DNA of 43,844 nt, taken from a virus (Duplodnaviria; Caudoviricetes). Shown in pieces: positions 34,102 to 43,844 of this stretch (positions within the stretch are counted from its first letter, which is position 1; the number at the start of each line of letters is the position of its first letter). The notes beneath the pieces were generated by a model. The model had not been told where the DNA came from. It ran no database searches and saw nothing but the letters and a program-made list of their open reading frames with translations. Location of the stretch: the IMG/VR virus record IMGVR_UViG_3300037483_000080, positions 1 through 43,844 of that record; one strand, given 5' to 3'. The position numbers and the translations under genes were made by a program.

Positions 34102-34379
34102 ACATTGTGAGCGTTGATCAGTACCTGAATCTATTTGCGTCGGCTGTGTTGCTGGGGCTGGCGCTGACCTCGCTGCTAAAATCGCGCGGTAGAAAACTTC
34201 ACGCACTGTTGATTTCATGCATCGCAATTTTCAACGTTTGTTTTTACGCAATCGCAATCACGACGAGCCTCAACGAAGCCTACCGCTATGAATACGCCGC
34301 GATCAGCGGGGCGCGCAGTTTCGTTACCATCCTAACTCTGTGCGGCGTTGGCGTGAATGTGTTGAGGTCTAAACTATGA
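34098..34379 (+). CDS. Three-TM membrane protein (lysis module)
   Basis: Three hydrophobic segments; ATGA-coupled. Confidence 0.65.
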   Translation: MNIVSVDQYLNLFASAVLLGLALTSLLKSRGRKLHALLISCIAIFNVCFYAIAITTSLNEAYRYEYAAISGARSFVTILTLCGVGVNVLRSKL

Positions 34380-34753
34380 GCGATGAAGCGAAGTTCATCA
34401 TTACGGTTGTTGCCGGTCTTCTGTCCGGCGGACTCATTCAGTCGTGGTTTAATCGGCGCAAGACGGCTAGTGATGCGTACAACGTTCTGCTCGACGCATT
34501 GAACAAGAGCGGGCAGACGATCGATGATTTATTTGGCATGTTGGCCGAGGTGCCGCAACTGAAATCGCAGTTGAAAACCGCGCAGGACGAAATCAAATCG
34601 CTTAAGCGGCAATCAGATTTCTGGATTTCATTCTCGCGCACCATGCACGGCGGTGCAGTAGCTAACGCTGATTACATCCGCAAGCTTGAGCATATTCCTC
34701 CGTTTGAGCCGCCGAAGTTCCCGTCTGGTCCGCTAGGAGTTTTGCAAACATGA
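34376..34753 (+). CDS. Single-TM coiled-coil protein (lysis-associated)
   Basis: N-terminal TM followed by a coiled coil. Confidence 0.65.
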   Translation: MSDEAKFIITVVAGLLSGGLIQSWFNRRKTASDAYNVLLDALNKSGQTIDDLFGMLAEVPQLKSQLKTAQDEIKSLKRQSDFWISFSRTMHGGAVANADYIRKLEHIPPFEPPKFPSGPLGVLQT

Positions 34754-35748
34754 AAACATTCCTTGCCGTTCACCTTCCCCCAGTTGGCCGGCGCAACGGC
34801 CTCGGTGCATTTCTTGACGCGGGCGCGGCTGGTGTCGTGGCGTTTCAGTGCGGATTTCAAGCAACTGCGAATCAGTTCTATGCCACGCGCTTTCAGGCGT
34901 ATGGCAAAGACAACCCCGACAATTTCTACACCGATCCGATCGCTGCCGCGCATTCGCACTTCGACGGCCAGCAATTGAAGTGGCGGCAGAATCCCGGCGC
35001 GAAAGCGCGGCTGTCCAACAACGAGTTGGACTTAGAAACGCCATGGCACGGAGAGAAGCAAGCGCAGTTCTTTATCAAGTTCATGCGACTGTGCGAATCC
35101 ATCGGCGAGTACGGCGGCATTTGCAATTATGCTGGCGGCAACCCCAGTGACAACGCCTTGCTGGACGGTACGCCGTGCTCACTCGAAGATCGCTGGCGTT
35201 CAGTGTTACCCGCCGTGAAATATGCGGGCGAGCACGATCACTACGTTGTGCTGCACATCCATCAGCAAAATCACGGCCTGATGGAGTCGCCCGGCGGCCA
35301 GCAAATCTCACTACGTCATCGGCGCTCGATCGCGTACTGGCTGCGCAATGATCTCCACCCGGAATGCATTATCACCAAGCCGCCACGAATTATCTTCAAC
35401 GAGGTTTCGAACGGCGTTGGTGGCGTTGAGCCGAACGAAGACGCCTACTACAAATCTGTGACATGGCTCGATCAGCAGTTGCGCAACGATCCATACAACA
35501 GTCTGTACACCGTGCTGTGCCTGTATCAGGCTGGCGCGGCAGAGCCGATCAGCGAGAGCATGTATCGACGCCTGGCCGCTTACATCGCTACGCAGAGTGA
35601 GATCGTGATCAACCCGTTGCCGCCGATTGAGCCGCCCCCGCCGGTTGATCCCCGCGCCAAATTCGCGGGCCGCATCGCCACGGCGCAGTATGCGGGGCTG
35701 CGCGAGTACGTGACGGAGCGCGACGGCACAATCGAGGTGATGCCGTGA
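34750..35748 (+). CDS. Putative glycoside hydrolase-like lysin
   Basis: NNE, LHIH and FNE motifs spaced as in clan GH-A barrels; Pro-rich linker; lysis position. Confidence 0.45.
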   Translation: MKTFLAVHLPPVGRRNGLGAFLDAGAAGVVAFQCGFQATANQFYATRFQAYGKDNPDNFYTDPIAAAHSHFDGQQLKWRQNPGAKARLSNNELDLETPWHGEKQAQFFIKFMRLCESIGEYGGICNYAGGNPSDNALLDGTPCSLEDRWRSVLPAVKYAGEHDHYVVLHIHQQNHGLMESPGGQQISLRHRRSIAYWLRNDLHPECIITKPPRIIFNEVSNGVGGVEPNEDAYYKSVTWLDQQLRNDPYNSLYTVLCLYQAGAAEPISESMYRRLAAYIATQSEIVINPLPPIEPPPPVDPRAKFAGRIATAQYAGLREYVTERDGTIEVMP

Positions 35749-36431
35749 ACAACATCGACCCAGCATCTCCCATTGCAAAATTCGAAGCCGTCCTGTCAGC
35801 CATCGCGCAAGATCAATATCGACTCGAAAGCAAAATCGAGGCGGCCATCGCGCAGTTCGAGCGCGAGATCAAGCCGCTCGTGTTGGCGCAGTCTAGCGGT
35901 GGCGTGCCTGAGCGCGTACTGTTTTGCAGCCCGGTCACAGGTCAGATCGAGACGGGCGCTAACATTTGGGGCCTCGACTGGTTCGATGCCTCGCCGTACG
36001 GCAAGCAGCACGGCGCGTTGAAGCACTACCACACCGGTGATGATCTGAACCGCCCCGGTTACTGGGATAGCGGAGCGCCCGTCTACTGCACGGCTGACGG
36101 CGTGGTCGATTTTGTCGGCCAGGTCGCCGGTTGGCAGGGCGATGTCGTGATCGTTGAGCACGCGCTTGAGGATGGCTCAACGGTGTGGACGCGCTATGCG
36201 CACATCAAAGTGGACGCCGATCTTGACGACGGTGAACCGGTAAGCCGCGGGCAACATATCGGGTACATCGCAGATTACACGCCAGCGGGACCGCGAGGCG
36301 ACCACCTGCACTACGATGTAGCGCGCATAGACATCGGTGATAGACCGGGCGACTGGCCGGGGTTGTCGCTGGAGCGCGTGACGAGAGACTACATTGACCC
36401 GGTGACGTGGCACAGGGGGAGGAGCAAGTGA
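35745..36431 (+). CDS. M23 family metallopeptidase (endolysin)
   Basis: HTGDD, YAH and HLH zinc motifs. Confidence 0.88.
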   Translation: MNNIDPASPIAKFEAVLSAIAQDQYRLESKIEAAIAQFEREIKPLVLAQSSGGVPERVLFCSPVTGQIETGANIWGLDWFDASPYGKQHGALKHYHTGDDLNRPGYWDSGAPVYCTADGVVDFVGQVAGWQGDVVIVEHALEDGSTVWTRYAHIKVDADLDDGEPVSRGQHIGYIADYTPAGPRGDHLHYDVARIDIGDRPGDWPGLSLERVTRDYIDPVTWHRGRSK

Positions 36432-36628
36432 GCGAATGCAATCCAGTTCATGTTTATCCGCAAAATGACGTTAAGCCACACGTCACCGATGGCTCGCCGT
36501 GTTGGTGCATTCCATCGATAGAATCTGAAAGCGGATCAGTAGTTGTGATCCATAATGACTGCAGTTCGCTGACGACTGATATAATGTGTTTCTACAATCG
36601 CTGTTCGGGTAAGGTAAAAGATGCATGA
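36428..36628 (+). CDS. Small His/Cys-rich phage protein
   Basis: VHVYP.ND...H....CWC.P...VIHN. Confidence 0.65.
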   Translation: MSECNPVHVYPQNDVKPHVTDGSPCWCIPSIESESGSVVVIHNDCSSLTTDIMCFYNRCSGKVKDA

Positions 36629-36849
36629 CAGACTACATCCACGAAGATAAGGAAACCGATCGGCTCGAAGACGCCGTGAAGCACGGCGCGGCGTGCGGCG
36701 CCGTACGCAACGACATGTACCTGTGTCAGATGGGCAGCGGCGGCACATCTGATCTGCCGCCCATCACGCAGGCGGAAATCGACGCCGCGATCAAGCGCGT
36801 GAGCATAGACATCGAGGCGATGGACAATGAGCCGCCCGTCAACTCGTGA
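36625..36849 (+). CDS. Hypothetical protein
   Basis: ATGA-coupled. Confidence 0.55.
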   Translation: MTDYIHEDKETDRLEDAVKHGAACGAVRNDMYLCQMGSGGTSDLPPITQAEIDAAIKRVSIDIEAMDNEPPVNS

Positions 36850-36933
36850 TCGCGCCTGGTCAGCGCGCGTCATCGGCAAGCATCGGCGCTGGCTGATCAC
36901 GCTGGCGGTGATGCGGGCGTTCTGGAGGATGAG

Positions 36934-37203
36934 GTGAGTAAGCGTACGCCGATCGATCCGCTATACAACGTCAGCGCCAAGCCGCTGAAGCCGCGAGACC
37001 TTCGCCGTGTTCAGCGCAACGCTTTGCCTCCGGTTGATCGGGCGCAACAGTTCCATCTTGATCGAGAAGCGATATGGGCACGACGTTGGCGCAACCTCGC
37101 ACTGTTCGATGTAGTGTTCTGCGCCGTGGCGGTTACTCTGATCGTGTTCGCGGTGGTGATGATCTTGAGCCTGCCGAGCACGGGGCAGGCGTGGCGGTTC
37201 TGA
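36934..37203 (+). CDS. Hypothetical membrane protein
   Basis: GGAGG SD; one TM. Confidence 0.6.
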   Translation: MSKRTPIDPLYNVSAKPLKPRDLRRVQRNALPPVDRAQQFHLDREAIWARRWRNLALFDVVFCAVAVTLIVFAVVMILSLPSTGQAWRF

Positions 37204-37457
37204 TGGATGCGGTCAAGGCGATTGAGTTCGTCGCAGAGATACGGCAGGTGAAAACTCTCAGCGACCATACCGTCAATGTGACGCTGAACTTTCCTGAGTA
37301 TTGCACCGAACAAGTAGCGGAAATGTTGAAACATCACGGCTGGCAAGTACGCGGAGTGTTTGAGTTTATCCAAGTTTTTACAAATGAGCAAGAACAAAAC
37401 TGGGAACAAACTAACGAACGAGCAGCGCGCAACCCTCTTGGAGTGGATTGCGGCTGA
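37203..37457 (+). CDS. Hypothetical protein
   Basis: TGATG overlap. Confidence 0.6.
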   Translation: MDAVKAIEFVAEIRQVKTLSDHTVNVTLNFPEYCTEQVAEMLKHHGWQVRGVFEFIQVFTNEQEQNWEQTNERAARNPLGVDCG

Positions 37458-37851
37458 CTATGACTGGCGCGTGATCCGCAACTGGTTTGAGGAACGCGGC
37501 TGGCCGTCTATTACGCGCGCGCTAGTCACGTATTACCGCACATCGCGCGGCGAGAGTATCCAGCGCATCAGGACCGAGCGCTACAGCAAAGCGCTTGATG
37601 CTGGACTGGCGCAACGGGCAGAACGTGTAGAGCGCTTAAAGAAACACGCCGACGAACTGGAAGCGTTGAAGTGGGAGCCGGACAAGAACGGGCGATTGTG
37701 GAATGAGAAGGCGTGGCGCGAGACGCTGAGGGACATCGCGGAAGAGATTGGCGAGCGTAAGCAGAAGCACGAGATCAGCGGGCCGGACGGCGAAGCGCTG
37801 ATCCTAAAGATCGTCAGAGCGAGCAATGCAAGCGCAGATAACGATCAATGA
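37384..37851 (+). CDS. Terminase small subunit, putative
   Basis: Directly upstream of TerL; KHEISGPDG C-terminal motif. Confidence 0.75.
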   Translation: MSKNKTGNKLTNEQRATLLEWIAADYDWRVIRNWFEERGWPSITRALVTYYRTSRGESIQRIRTERYSKALDAGLAQRAERVERLKKHADELEALKWEPDKNGRLWNEKAWRETLRDIAEEIGERKQKHEISGPDGEALILKIVRASNASADNDQ

Positions 37852-39067
37852 TGCTTACGAGCAGCACCTTGACAACAACTCGCGCTTGCAAATCATCTTC
37901 GGCGGTTCGTCGTCGGGCAAGTCTGTGTTTGCGGCGCAGCGCGCAGTCATCCGCGTGCTGGAAGGCAAGCGCAACTACCTAGTATGTCGAGCGGTAGGGC
38001 GCACGATTCGGCGCTCGGTGTTCAGCGAGATCAACGGCGCAATCGCTGACGCTGGCTTAACTAAGTTGTTCAGTGTCAACAAGAGCGAATGGACGATCAC
38101 TTGTCGCAACGGCTATCAAATACTATTCGCCGGGCTTGACGACGCAGAGAAGATCAAGAGCATCAGGCCAGACAAGGGCGTCGTCACTGACATTTGGGTA
38201 GAGGAAGCGACAGAGACAGAGCGCGAGACGATCAAGCAGTTGCACAAGCGCCAGCGTGGCGGTGACGAAGATACGCCTAAGACGCTGACGCTGACCTTCA
38301 ACCCGATCTATAAGACGCACTGGATTTATCAGGACTATTTTGCTAAGATCGCTTGGGCAGATGATCAAGCCGAATACACGTCGCCAGAGTTGAGCATCCT
38401 TAAGACGACGTACAAAGATAACAAGTTTTTAACGACGCAGGACATAGCCGACTTAGAGGGCGAGACAGACGAGTATTACCGCGACGTGTACACGCTCGGC
38501 AAGTGGGGCGTGTTGGGCGATGTCATATTCAAGAACTGGACCACGCGCGACTTATCGGACATGCGCGACCAGTTTACGAATCACCGCAACGGGCTAGACT
38601 TTGGATTTAGCAGTGACCCGGCGGCGCTGGCGGTGATGTACTACGACCGCGCGCGTAAGATCGTATACATCTACGATGAACTTTATGAGCGCGGCCTGAC
38701 CAACGATGTGCTCGCAGACGAGATCAAACAGCGCGTTGAGCGGCAGTTGGTTGTGTGCGACAGCGCAGAACCGAAGTCAATCGCTGAGTTGCAGGGCTTC
38801 GGCGTCAATGCGACGGGTGCACGCAAGGGCAAGGATAGCGTTGTATTTGGTATTCAGTGGTTGCAGCAGCAGCAGATTGTGATTGATAGCAAGTGTATCA
38901 ACGCGCGCAACGAGTTATCGATCTACCACTGGAAGAAGGACAAAGACGGAAACGCAATCAGGCAGCCGGTAGACAAGAATAACCACATGATCGACGGTGT
39001 GCGCTACGGGCTTGAGGACGATATGATGGGGGGTGTAACCGTGATGGAGAATCCATTTTACAACTGA
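37826..39067 (+). CDS. terL: Terminase large subunit, PBSX family
   Basis: Walker A GGSSSGKS; Walker B WVEEA; TFNP; GLDFG, DSAEP, NHMIDGVRY. Confidence 0.96.
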   Translation: MQAQITINDAYEQHLDNNSRLQIIFGGSSSGKSVFAAQRAVIRVLEGKRNYLVCRAVGRTIRRSVFSEINGAIADAGLTKLFSVNKSEWTITCRNGYQILFAGLDDAEKIKSIRPDKGVVTDIWVEEATETERETIKQLHKRQRGGDEDTPKTLTLTFNPIYKTHWIYQDYFAKIAWADDQAEYTSPELSILKTTYKDNKFLTTQDIADLEGETDEYYRDVYTLGKWGVLGDVIFKNWTTRDLSDMRDQFTNHRNGLDFGFSSDPAALAVMYYDRARKIVYIYDELYERGLTNDVLADEIKQRVERQLVVCDSAEPKSIAELQGFGVNATGARKGKDSVVFGIQWLQQQQIVIDSKCINARNELSIYHWKKDKDGNAIRQPVDKNNHMIDGVRYGLEDDMMGGVTVMENPFYN

Positions 39068-39074
39068 GGCAACT

Positions 39075-40523
39075 ATGAGCATTACTGACACGCTCCGTCG
39101 AAACATCGTCAACTGGCTGATCCCTGAATACTCCGAACGCATGGCCCGGCTCAGTGAGTACAGCGCGCGTCGCGATTACCGCGAAGGCGCACAGCGCCGC
39201 CCGCTAAAGGTGAAGCCAGAGCAGGCCGACGACAACTTGATCCTTAACTTCACTGGCCTCATCGTTGATCGTGGCATCTCAATGCTGTTTGGCAATGGCG
39301 TGGAGTTCGATTTCGGAGAAGCGGAAGAGACGCCGGATGGCGAAGAAGCAGCGACCGATCCGCGCAATGACTACATCGATCGCGTGATGAAGGCGAACAC
39401 CTACCCGATCTTTTTGCACAAGACGGCGCAACTCGGCGGCACCTACGGCACGGCCTACGTCAAGATCATGCCTGGTGCTATGCCCGACGGCTTGCCGCGC
39501 TTGGTCGCGCTCAACCCTCAATGGCTCACGCTGGACGCGCCGCCCGAAGATATGGAAACAGTATTTCGTTACACGATCGAGTACAACACGACAGATGAGA
39601 ACGACAAGGAGATCACGCGCAAGGAAGTGACGGAGCGCTTGCGCACAACCGAGGGCTGGGCCGATACGTGGTCGGTGAAGTCGTACATCATGCGCGAAGG
39701 CACCGGCGGCAAATTTGAATTGGTGTCTGACGTGGAGTGGCCGTATGAGTTCGCGCCGATCGTGCATTGGCAGAACTTGCCTGATGCTGAACAGTGCTAT
39801 GGGGATAGCGACATCACAGACGATATGATCGCTGTGCAGGACGCGATCAATTTCGTAGCGTCCAATGTGCAGCGCATCATCAGATACCACGCACACCCGA
39901 AAACGTGGGGGCGCGGCTTTACAACGAGCGGTACTGCGTCGTGGGGCGCTGACGAGATGGTGACGGTCAACGGCCAGGACGCTATGATCTCGAACCTTGA
40001 AATGTCGTCTGACCTGGCATCCTCGCGTGAGTTCCTGCACTATCTGCGCGGCGTCATGTTCGACATATCGCGCACGGTTGACTTAGCGAGCATGTCTGAC
40101 AAGTTGGGCGCGCTGACAAATTTTGCGCTGCGTGTGCTGTACAAAGACGCGCTCGACAAACTCGAAACGAAGCGCCTGCTCTACGGCTGGGGATTGACTG
40201 AGATCAACCGGAGATTGTTGTTGCTGGCGGGTATCGCCACGGAAGACGGCGGCGATGTCGTTTGGTCTGAGCCGTTGCCGATTGACGACGTGGGCCAGGC
40301 GCAGGCGCTGCAAACTGACCTCGACATGGGCATCGTGGATAAGGAAACTGTATCAACAATTCGCGGCTACGACTGGGAAACAGTGCAAGAGCGTTTAGCC
40401 GAGCAAGAGCAGAGCGGGTCAAATGTCGGAGAGCGCATCTTGAGCGACTTCCAGCGCGGTGGTGGTAGTTCGCTGCTCGATCGGATGATGGGGACGACAG
40501 GACAGGATAATGTCATCGCCTGA
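39075..40523 (+). CDS. Portal protein (SPP1 gp6-like)
   Basis: Follows TerL; 482 aa; PIVHWQN...YGDSDI. Confidence 0.88.
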   Translation: MSITDTLRRNIVNWLIPEYSERMARLSEYSARRDYREGAQRRPLKVKPEQADDNLILNFTGLIVDRGISMLFGNGVEFDFGEAEETPDGEEAATDPRNDYIDRVMKANTYPIFLHKTAQLGGTYGTAYVKIMPGAMPDGLPRLVALNPQWLTLDAPPEDMETVFRYTIEYNTTDENDKEITRKEVTERLRTTEGWADTWSVKSYIMREGTGGKFELVSDVEWPYEFAPIVHWQNLPDAEQCYGDSDITDDMIAVQDAINFVASNVQRIIRYHAHPKTWGRGFTTSGTASWGADEMVTVNGQDAMISNLEMSSDLASSREFLHYLRGVMFDISRTVDLASMSDKLGALTNFALRVLYKDALDKLETKRLLYGWGLTEINRRLLLLAGIATEDGGDVVWSEPLPIDDVGQAQALQTDLDMGIVDKETVSTIRGYDWETVQERLAEQEQSGSNVGERILSDFQRGGGSSLLDRMMGTTGQDNVIA

Positions 40524-41505
40524 CTTATTGAGGTTGGCCGAGCAATTCGCAGCGGCCAGCGCGCGCCGTGATGCCGTTGCGTTGAAGCGCATCGCGTCGG
40601 CGTACGCGCGCATGTACCGCCGTTTGTCTGGTCAGATCGAGGCGCTCGCCGAGCAAGTTGGCGGCGGCCAGATGACGACTGGGCAACTTGCGCGCTTCGG
40701 GCGCTGGCAAGCACTGCGCGAGCAGATCGCAGGGGAGTTGGGAGACTTCTCGTCATACGTGCGTGTGGAGTTGAGCAGCACGGCAGAGGACGCGATCGCG
40801 CGAGCGCTATCCGATTCACGTTCGCTGATCGGCATCAGCACGCAGGGCGCTGGCCTATCGGTCGCGTTTAACTCGTTGCCTACAAATTCGGTCATGCGTC
40901 TGCTGGGCTTTTTGCAGACAGGATCGCCGTTGTACAAGCGCTTGGCACTGCTGTCGCCCGTCAACGCTAAAGCATTGGCCGATCTATTCGTGGAAGGCGT
41001 TGGCCTGGGCTGGAACCCGCGCAAGATTGCTGCCATGATGCGGCGTCAGTTCGGTGCCAACCTGACGGACGCGCTACGCATGACACGCACGGCGCAACTG
41101 TACGCATACCGCGAGGCGACACGCGCGAATTACATCAATAATCCAGAGATCGTGCAGGGCTGGTACTGGATGGCAGCGCTCGGTCAGCCGCAGACGTGCA
41201 TGAGTTGCATCAGGATGCACGGCACGTTTCACAAGTTGAGCGAGCGCTTGAACGACCACCACAACGGGCGCTGTACGATGCTGCCGGCGGTGAAGGGCTT
41301 CGGCAACCCGATCAAACAGAGCGGCGAAGAGTGGTTCAACGCGCAGCCGCCGGACGTGCAGAAGAGTCACATGGGGCCTGAGTATTGGCAGGCGTGGAAA
41401 GACGGCAAGTATTCGTTCGGCAACATCAGCCGCGAATATGACAATGACGTGTACGGCCCAATGCGGGTTGCCACGACGCTGAAAGAACTGTTAGGGGGTG
41501 GGTGA
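40510..41505 (+). CDS. Minor head morphogenesis protein (SPP1 gp7 / Mu gpF-like)
   Basis: TCMSCIRMHG...DHHNGRCTMLP. Confidence 0.82.
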   Translation: MSSPDLLRLAEQFAAASARRDAVALKRIASAYARMYRRLSGQIEALAEQVGGGQMTTGQLARFGRWQALREQIAGELGDFSSYVRVELSSTAEDAIARALSDSRSLIGISTQGAGLSVAFNSLPTNSVMRLLGFLQTGSPLYKRLALLSPVNAKALADLFVEGVGLGWNPRKIAAMMRRQFGANLTDALRMTRTAQLYAYREATRANYINNPEIVQGWYWMAALGQPQTCMSCIRMHGTFHKLSERLNDHHNGRCTMLPAVKGFGNPIKQSGEEWFNAQPPDVQKSHMGPEYWQAWKDGKYSFGNISREYDNDVYGPMRVATTLKELLGGG

Positions 41506-41738
41506 TGATTAGCAGTGCAGATTTTGCAGTCGCGTTAGGCAGTCTCCAGCAGTGTTTTTACGGTGGGACAGCCGAGGTTCTATTTGACCGCGTTGGAGTA
41601 GCAGTTCTTGATTACCGCGAGTCCGAGGCGATCCCGGCGAATATGTATGCTACTCATTGGCGCTGTCACTATTGCGGCACGCTGCAAGTAAAAGCCCGCG
41701 TGACGTGCTCGCAATGCGGCGGGGAGCGGAGAGAATGA
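41502..41738 (+). CDS. Zn-ribbon protein
   Basis: WRCHYCGT...CSQCGG. Confidence 0.65.
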   Translation: MMISSADFAVALGSLQQCFYGGTAEVLFDRVGVAVLDYRESEAIPANMYATHWRCHYCGTLQVKARVTCSQCGGERRE

Positions 41739-42073
41739 GTTATCAATGCACGCGGATTCATGACAATAGCGGAACGCAGTGTAATGACTGCGGTTGTATT
41801 CAGATCAACGCCGCCCTTTGCCCGCGCTGTGGCGCTACGATGAGTATCAGCGATGTTTTTGGACACGAGAAAGTATGCCCGGCAGAGCAACGTGATACCT
41901 GTTCTGCGACGCTTACCGTCAGCGCAGAGTGGCCCGACTTCCTGACGGCGGTTCAGGCCGCACGGCGCGAATACCGCGCCCATCACGTAGAGCGGATCGC
42001 CGTTGTCGATCTCGCGAATCTCACAATCGGGCGCGTGATTGCGTTTGAGAAGCATGTTGACACCGTAAAATAA
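41735..42073 (+). CDS. Cys-rich hypothetical protein
   Basis: CNDC, CPRC; ATGA overlap. Confidence 0.55.
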   Translation: MSYQCTRIHDNSGTQCNDCGCIQINAALCPRCGATMSISDVFGHEKVCPAEQRDTCSATLTVSAEWPDFLTAVQAARREYRAHHVERIAVVDLANLTIGRVIAFEKHVDTVK

Positions 42074-42084
42074 AGTCGTATACT
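42057..42084 (+). promoter_or_regulatory. Promoter TTGACA-16-TATACT for the capsid operon
   Basis: Near consensus. Confidence 0.72.
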
Positions 42085-42123
42085 AGAAGCACAACTAAAT
42101 AACGTACACGCAACGCGAGCGAC

Positions 42124-42167
42124 AGGCGCGGGAATCCAGAGACAGGAATCCCAGCGCCTTTTTATTT
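42124..42167 (+). terminator. Terminator-like hairpin in the scaffold gene leader
   Basis: AGGCGC-GGGA..TCCC-A-GCGCCT followed by TTTTATTT. Confidence 0.6.
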
Positions 42168-42184
42168 ACCCAGGAGTAATCGCA

Positions 42185-42688
42185 ATGACGACCGAGACGG
42201 TCACAGCAGAGGTGGTCGAGACGACCACGGCAACCGAAACGCAGACGCAACCGGCGGGCAAGACGCCAGCCGAATTGCAAGCGGAGTTAGCGCGAGTTGA
42301 AGCGGCGTTGAAAGACGCCAACAAAGAAGCGGCCAGCCGCCGCAAGAAACTTGAAGAGTTCGAGAAGGCTGAGCAAGCGCGCAAAGACGCTGAGTTGTCC
42401 GAGACGGAACGACTCAAGAAAGAATTGCAGAGCGCCCAGTCAAAACTTGAAGCGGCTCAACGCACGGAACTACAGCGCAGCGTGTCAGACGAAGTTGGTT
42501 TACCCGCAGTGTTCGCCGCCAGGATTCAGGGCGCGGATCGTGACGCGATGTTAGCGGATGCCAAGGCGATACTGGCTGTATTGCCGAAGGGCACCACGTT
42601 AGCGCCGAAGATCGGGCCGACGAATCCAGGCGCGGCCACGAAGGGCGAAACCGACGACGAAAAGCGCAGGCGCTTAGGGCTACGATAG
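42185..42688 (+). CDS. Capsid scaffolding protein
   Basis: ANKEAASRRKKL, ELSETERL and GLPAVFAARIQG motifs; upstream of the MCP. Confidence 0.85.
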   Translation: MTTETVTAEVVETTTATETQTQPAGKTPAELQAELARVEAALKDANKEAASRRKKLEEFEKAEQARKDAELSETERLKKELQSAQSKLEAAQRTELQRSVSDEVGLPAVFAARIQGADRDAMLADAKAILAVLPKGTTLAPKIGPTNPGAATKGETDDEKRRRLGLR

Positions 42689-42696
42689 GAGTACAC

Positions 42697-43563
42697 ATGA
42701 CACAGTTAAACACCTTTGCAGACATCTCCTCGATTGCACAAGCGATTCAGGAAGATGCCATCTTCATCGAACGCGATACGAACTTCATGACGGATAGTCA
42801 AATCGTCACGACTTTCACCGATGGGCGCGGCGGCAACACGCGCACCGGTTATCAGTACAACGCAGGCACCGCAAAGACTCTCGCCGAAACCGACGACATG
42901 ACCAGCGAGGCTTTCACGCCTGCAGCGCTGGAGACTTTGACGCCCGGCGAGATCGGGTTGCAGTTTTTTCTCACGGACATCCGCATCGACACCGACGCGC
43001 CAGAAAACATTCGCGCTGATGCCGCTGTCGAGTTAGGTGCAGCGGGACGCGACAAGATCGAGGCCGACATGCTCGGCTTGTTCACGTCGTTCACCGGCGG
43101 CACGATGGGCACAGCGGGTAGCGCGATCACCTGGGGTCAGGTGTTCGCCGGCGCTACCGTGGTCCGCACGAATAGCAAGAACCGGGCATTGCCTGTGTAC
43201 TGCGTTCTGCACGAGTATCAATGGCACACGCTGGCGAAGGCCACGAGCGTTGCAGGCATCACCTTGCAGAGCATCCCTGATCGTTTGGTCGGCCCTGGCG
43301 GCACCTGGTACGTTGGCAGCGCGGCGGGCATCAACTTCTATACCACAACCAACATCACGATCGCATCGTCCAGTTGCTACGCTGGCATGTTCCAGCGGCC
43401 CGCGCTGGCGTATGATCTGCGGCGCGTGATCCGTGTTGAGCCACAGCGGGACGCATCGCGGCGTGGTTGGGAACTGAACATGAGCGCACACTACGCCAAA
43501 GGCGTGTGGCGGCCAACGTTTGGCGTTGCGATGTTGAGCGCTGCCACGGCACCAACGGGCTAA
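42697..43563 (+). CDS. Major capsid protein
   Basis: 288 aa after the scaffold; LAETDD, IRVEPQRDAS, GVWRP motifs; AGGAG SD. Confidence 0.85.
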   Translation: MTQLNTFADISSIAQAIQEDAIFIERDTNFMTDSQIVTTFTDGRGGNTRTGYQYNAGTAKTLAETDDMTSEAFTPAALETLTPGEIGLQFFLTDIRIDTDAPENIRADAAVELGAAGRDKIEADMLGLFTSFTGGTMGTAGSAITWGQVFAGATVVRTNSKNRALPVYCVLHEYQWHTLAKATSVAGITLQSIPDRLVGPGGTWYVGSAAGINFYTTTNITIASSSCYAGMFQRPALAYDLRRVIRVEPQRDASRRGWELNMSAHYAKGVWRPTFGVAMLSAATAPTG

Positions 43564-43575
43564 GGAGAAATAGAC

Positions 43576-43844
43576 ATGAGCGACTTCAATGTTCAGATTG
43601 CATCGTTTGACATCGGGCCGGTCGTAGGCGCGCAGAGCATCCCGGCTTTCCGCGTGCCCGAAGAGGGTGGCGGCATCACCGTGATCGATGGTCTGTTGAC
43701 ACTCAACAACACCGGCGGAACTGCTGCGGCTGCGCTGTTCGGTACGGCTGTAGCGGCATGCGTCGTCACGTTCGGATCGCTGGGTGCAGCCGCGAACGGC
43801 ACGGCAGGTTCTGCTCCGACCGTTGACGGCACGATCGGGTATTT
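43576..43844 (+). CDS. 5' part of the putative capsid decoration protein (continues at 128-287)
   Basis: AAGGAG SD; ATG 43576; frame open through the junction. Confidence 0.7.
   Translation, partial: MSDFNVQIASFDIGPVVGAQSIPAFRVPEEGGGITVIDGLLTLNNTGGTAAAALFGTAVAACVVTFGSLGAAANGTAGSAPTVDGTIGY
43718..43844. repeat. Terminal direct repeat (copy 2)
   Basis: Identical to 1-127. Confidence 0.97.

Overview
Complete, circularly permuted genome of a tailed phage with siphovirus-type tail genes. Bases 1-127 repeat 43718-43844 exactly, most likely an assembly overlap, so the unit genome is about 43,717 bp. Two arms diverge from a promoter region at about 33150-33345. The + arm carries lysis genes, terminase, portal, head and tail genes (33374 to the end, then 1-16185). 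The - arm carries early/accessory genes (33119 down to 16188): a RecT-like annealing protein, two PD-(D/E)XK-type nucleases, a C5 DNA methyltransferase, several HTH/RHH proteins and low-complexity repeat proteins. I recognise no integrase, CI repressor, helicase, primase or DNA polymerase. The host is inferred to be Chloroflexota from peptide motifs and an AGAAC-N4-GTTCT LexA-type box. Main candidate system: a cassette between the capsid and neck genes (GT4 glycosyltransferase, B12-dependent radical SAM, GT34-like transferase, SPASM/twitch radical SAM), together with a G-T-(A-G-S/T) peptide motif that recurs, with different codons, in unrelated surface virion proteins. This suggests motif-directed modification of the virion. 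There are also several candidate structured RNAs: a promoter- and terminator-bounded antisense RNA inside that cassette, a probable second copy near 21.1 kb, a roughly 370-nt structured region abutting an endonuclease gene, a riboswitch-like leader and a minimal tRNA-like element. All family assignments are by-eye motif recognition; no searches or folding programs were run.
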